From: Gammaproteobacteria bacterium
GTDB lineage: Bacteria > Pseudomonadota > Gammaproteobacteria > G965277405
Direction: 5' to 3'
Assembly: GCA_965277405.1 (NCBI GenBank)
Contig: OZ255726.1
Coordinates: 992,001 to 1,056,000, forward strand
DNA length: 64,000 nucleotides
Positions 62,847 to 64,000 of this stretch are shown here, one piece after another. The position numbers and the translations under genes were made by a program. The first letter of the stretch is position 1; each line of letters starts with the position of its first letter. A model generated the notes under the pieces. That model saw only the letters and a program-made list of their open reading frames with translations. It was not told the origin of the DNA and ran no database searches.

Positions 62847-64000
62847 AATAACCAGTGGGTTAAGAATATTGGTTGGTCACTGCTGACGTTGATTGTTGAT
62901 TGATGCTGGGTGCCGCTTGTCGATTTTATCTGAACAAGGTGGTCACCAGTGGTTAATTGTATACGAAAAACCTGTATGGATTGTGGTAGTAGCGACCAAC
63001 TGCGTAAGTCTGCGTCTTCAGTTATACCAAAAAACAAGGAAGACAGAATACCTAAATTTTGATTTTCTTGTTGGATTGCCGTCTGCAATGCCGACTTTAC
63101 CAGCAGACGGGCGATAGTTTTTGCAATAATCACTGCATTATTGTTGTTTAATTCTGTGCGTGCCAGCGCATCAACATCAAAAATTGTAGTGCTGAAAATA
63201 ACAGAGGAGTCTGCGGTTAGCGCAACCTGGACAGGCGGAGGATATGTCGAGTAACTAGGAATTTGATACGGGAAATAAACGCCATTGCTGTTGCCGTAAT
63301 ATACAAGTGTTTCAGGAGTTTTTTTACTGACTAAGCCCTGCAGGACAACCATGGTTATATTTGGATGCGGTAGTGGCGTAGCCAACCGCCAAAGAGCAAG
63401 ATAGGTATTATATTCTTGAATAAGACCAATATTATGCAACGCGTGTAAGAAATCGACTTGCAAAACCTTAGGTACGGCCAGTTTTCCATACGCGATAACT
63501 GCCTTGCGGTATGCTATTGCTGTGTTATCGAGTTCACCTATGGCATTAAAAAGTAAACCACGGAATGCATGCGCTCCTGCTAACAGTATTGGGTCTATAG
63601 TTCCAGGCGTGCCTTGGATAAAAGTTTGTAGTTGCAGAATTTCTACTCTAGCTGCTGCAAAGTTGCCTTCATTGATATAGTTCAGCGCAGCAAATACATA
63701 TAGCAAAATATTTTCATACAACGCACCGATATATGCAGTACTGGTATCGTTGGTGATAAAGCTGGAACCTTGTTCGCTAATACTAGTTGGTCGGTACAGG
63801 GTATAATGGGTTTTTGCTTGTTCAAAAAACGCTGAGCTTGCAGGATAATCATGACTTAAATACGCCAATATAGCACGGCTTCTATACCAGAGACCAAAGT
63901 TACGCTCAGCATCTTCACTCCAGGTAGACTCAGCAATGCGTTGGGCTTGAAGGAAATCACCATGGAGCGTCAGCGAGCGAATTGAACTCATTGCACTAGT
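62843..64000 (-). CDS. COG3014-like TPR protein (5' end probably outside the window)
   Basis: Helical repeats, YIGALYE, AARVE, IAYRKA, EDADLRSWSLLPQSI; frame is open to the window edge. Confidence 0.7.
   Translation of the reverse strand, partial: TSAMSSIRSLTLHGDFLQAQRIAESTWSEDAERNFGLWYRSRAILAYLSHDYPASSAFFEQAKTHYTLYRPTSISEQGSSFITNDTSTAYIGALYENILLYVFAALNYINEGNFAAARVEILQLQTFIQGTPGTIDPILLAGAHAFRGLLFNAIGELDNTAIAYRKAVIAYGKLAVPKVLQVDFLHALHNIGLIQEYNTYLALWRLATPLPHPNITMVVLQGLVSKKTPETLVYYGNSNGVYFPYQIPSYSTYPPPVQVALTADSSVIFSTTIFDVDALARTELNNNNAVIIAKTIARLLVKSALQTAIQQENQNLGILSSLFFGITEDADLRSWSLLPQSIQVFRIQLTTGDHLVQIKSTSGTQHQSTINVSSDQPIFLTHWLL

Overview
Bacterial chromosome window, most likely from a divergent gammaproteobacterium (GyrB with the long insertion, large-type PurL, E. 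coli-like tRNA-Lys). It spans the replication origin: dnaA-dnaN-gyrB on the minus strand, a DnaA-box/DnaA-trio cluster at about 37.8-38.0 kb, a parS site at the gyrB start, and a flip in gene orientation. The left 25 kb is accessory. It holds a BioY/ECF biotin transporter, an AT-rich decaying island (solo merB-like gene, L,D-transpeptidase, frameshifted C39-like peptidase, FimB-like recombinase, IS481 and IS5 remnants), and a sugar/sugar-acid catabolism cluster with ABC and TRAP transporters. A roughly 290-bp IS5-type MITE family occurs as eight copies or ends. These sit at the junctions of the accessory modules, and one lies between dnaA and oriC. The right half is a reshuffled housekeeping region with signs of reduction: no recF, rnfABC without rnfDGE, a broken purL, and a homopolymer-frameshifted outer-membrane gene. 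The best candidate for a novel system is a SprT metalloprotease with an extra zinc ribbon and a perfect C-terminal beta-clamp motif (QLSLF), coupled to recG-polA, which resembles the architecture of eukaryotic SPRTN. All calls come from motif recognition by eye. No searches were run, and the frameshifts could be assembly errors.
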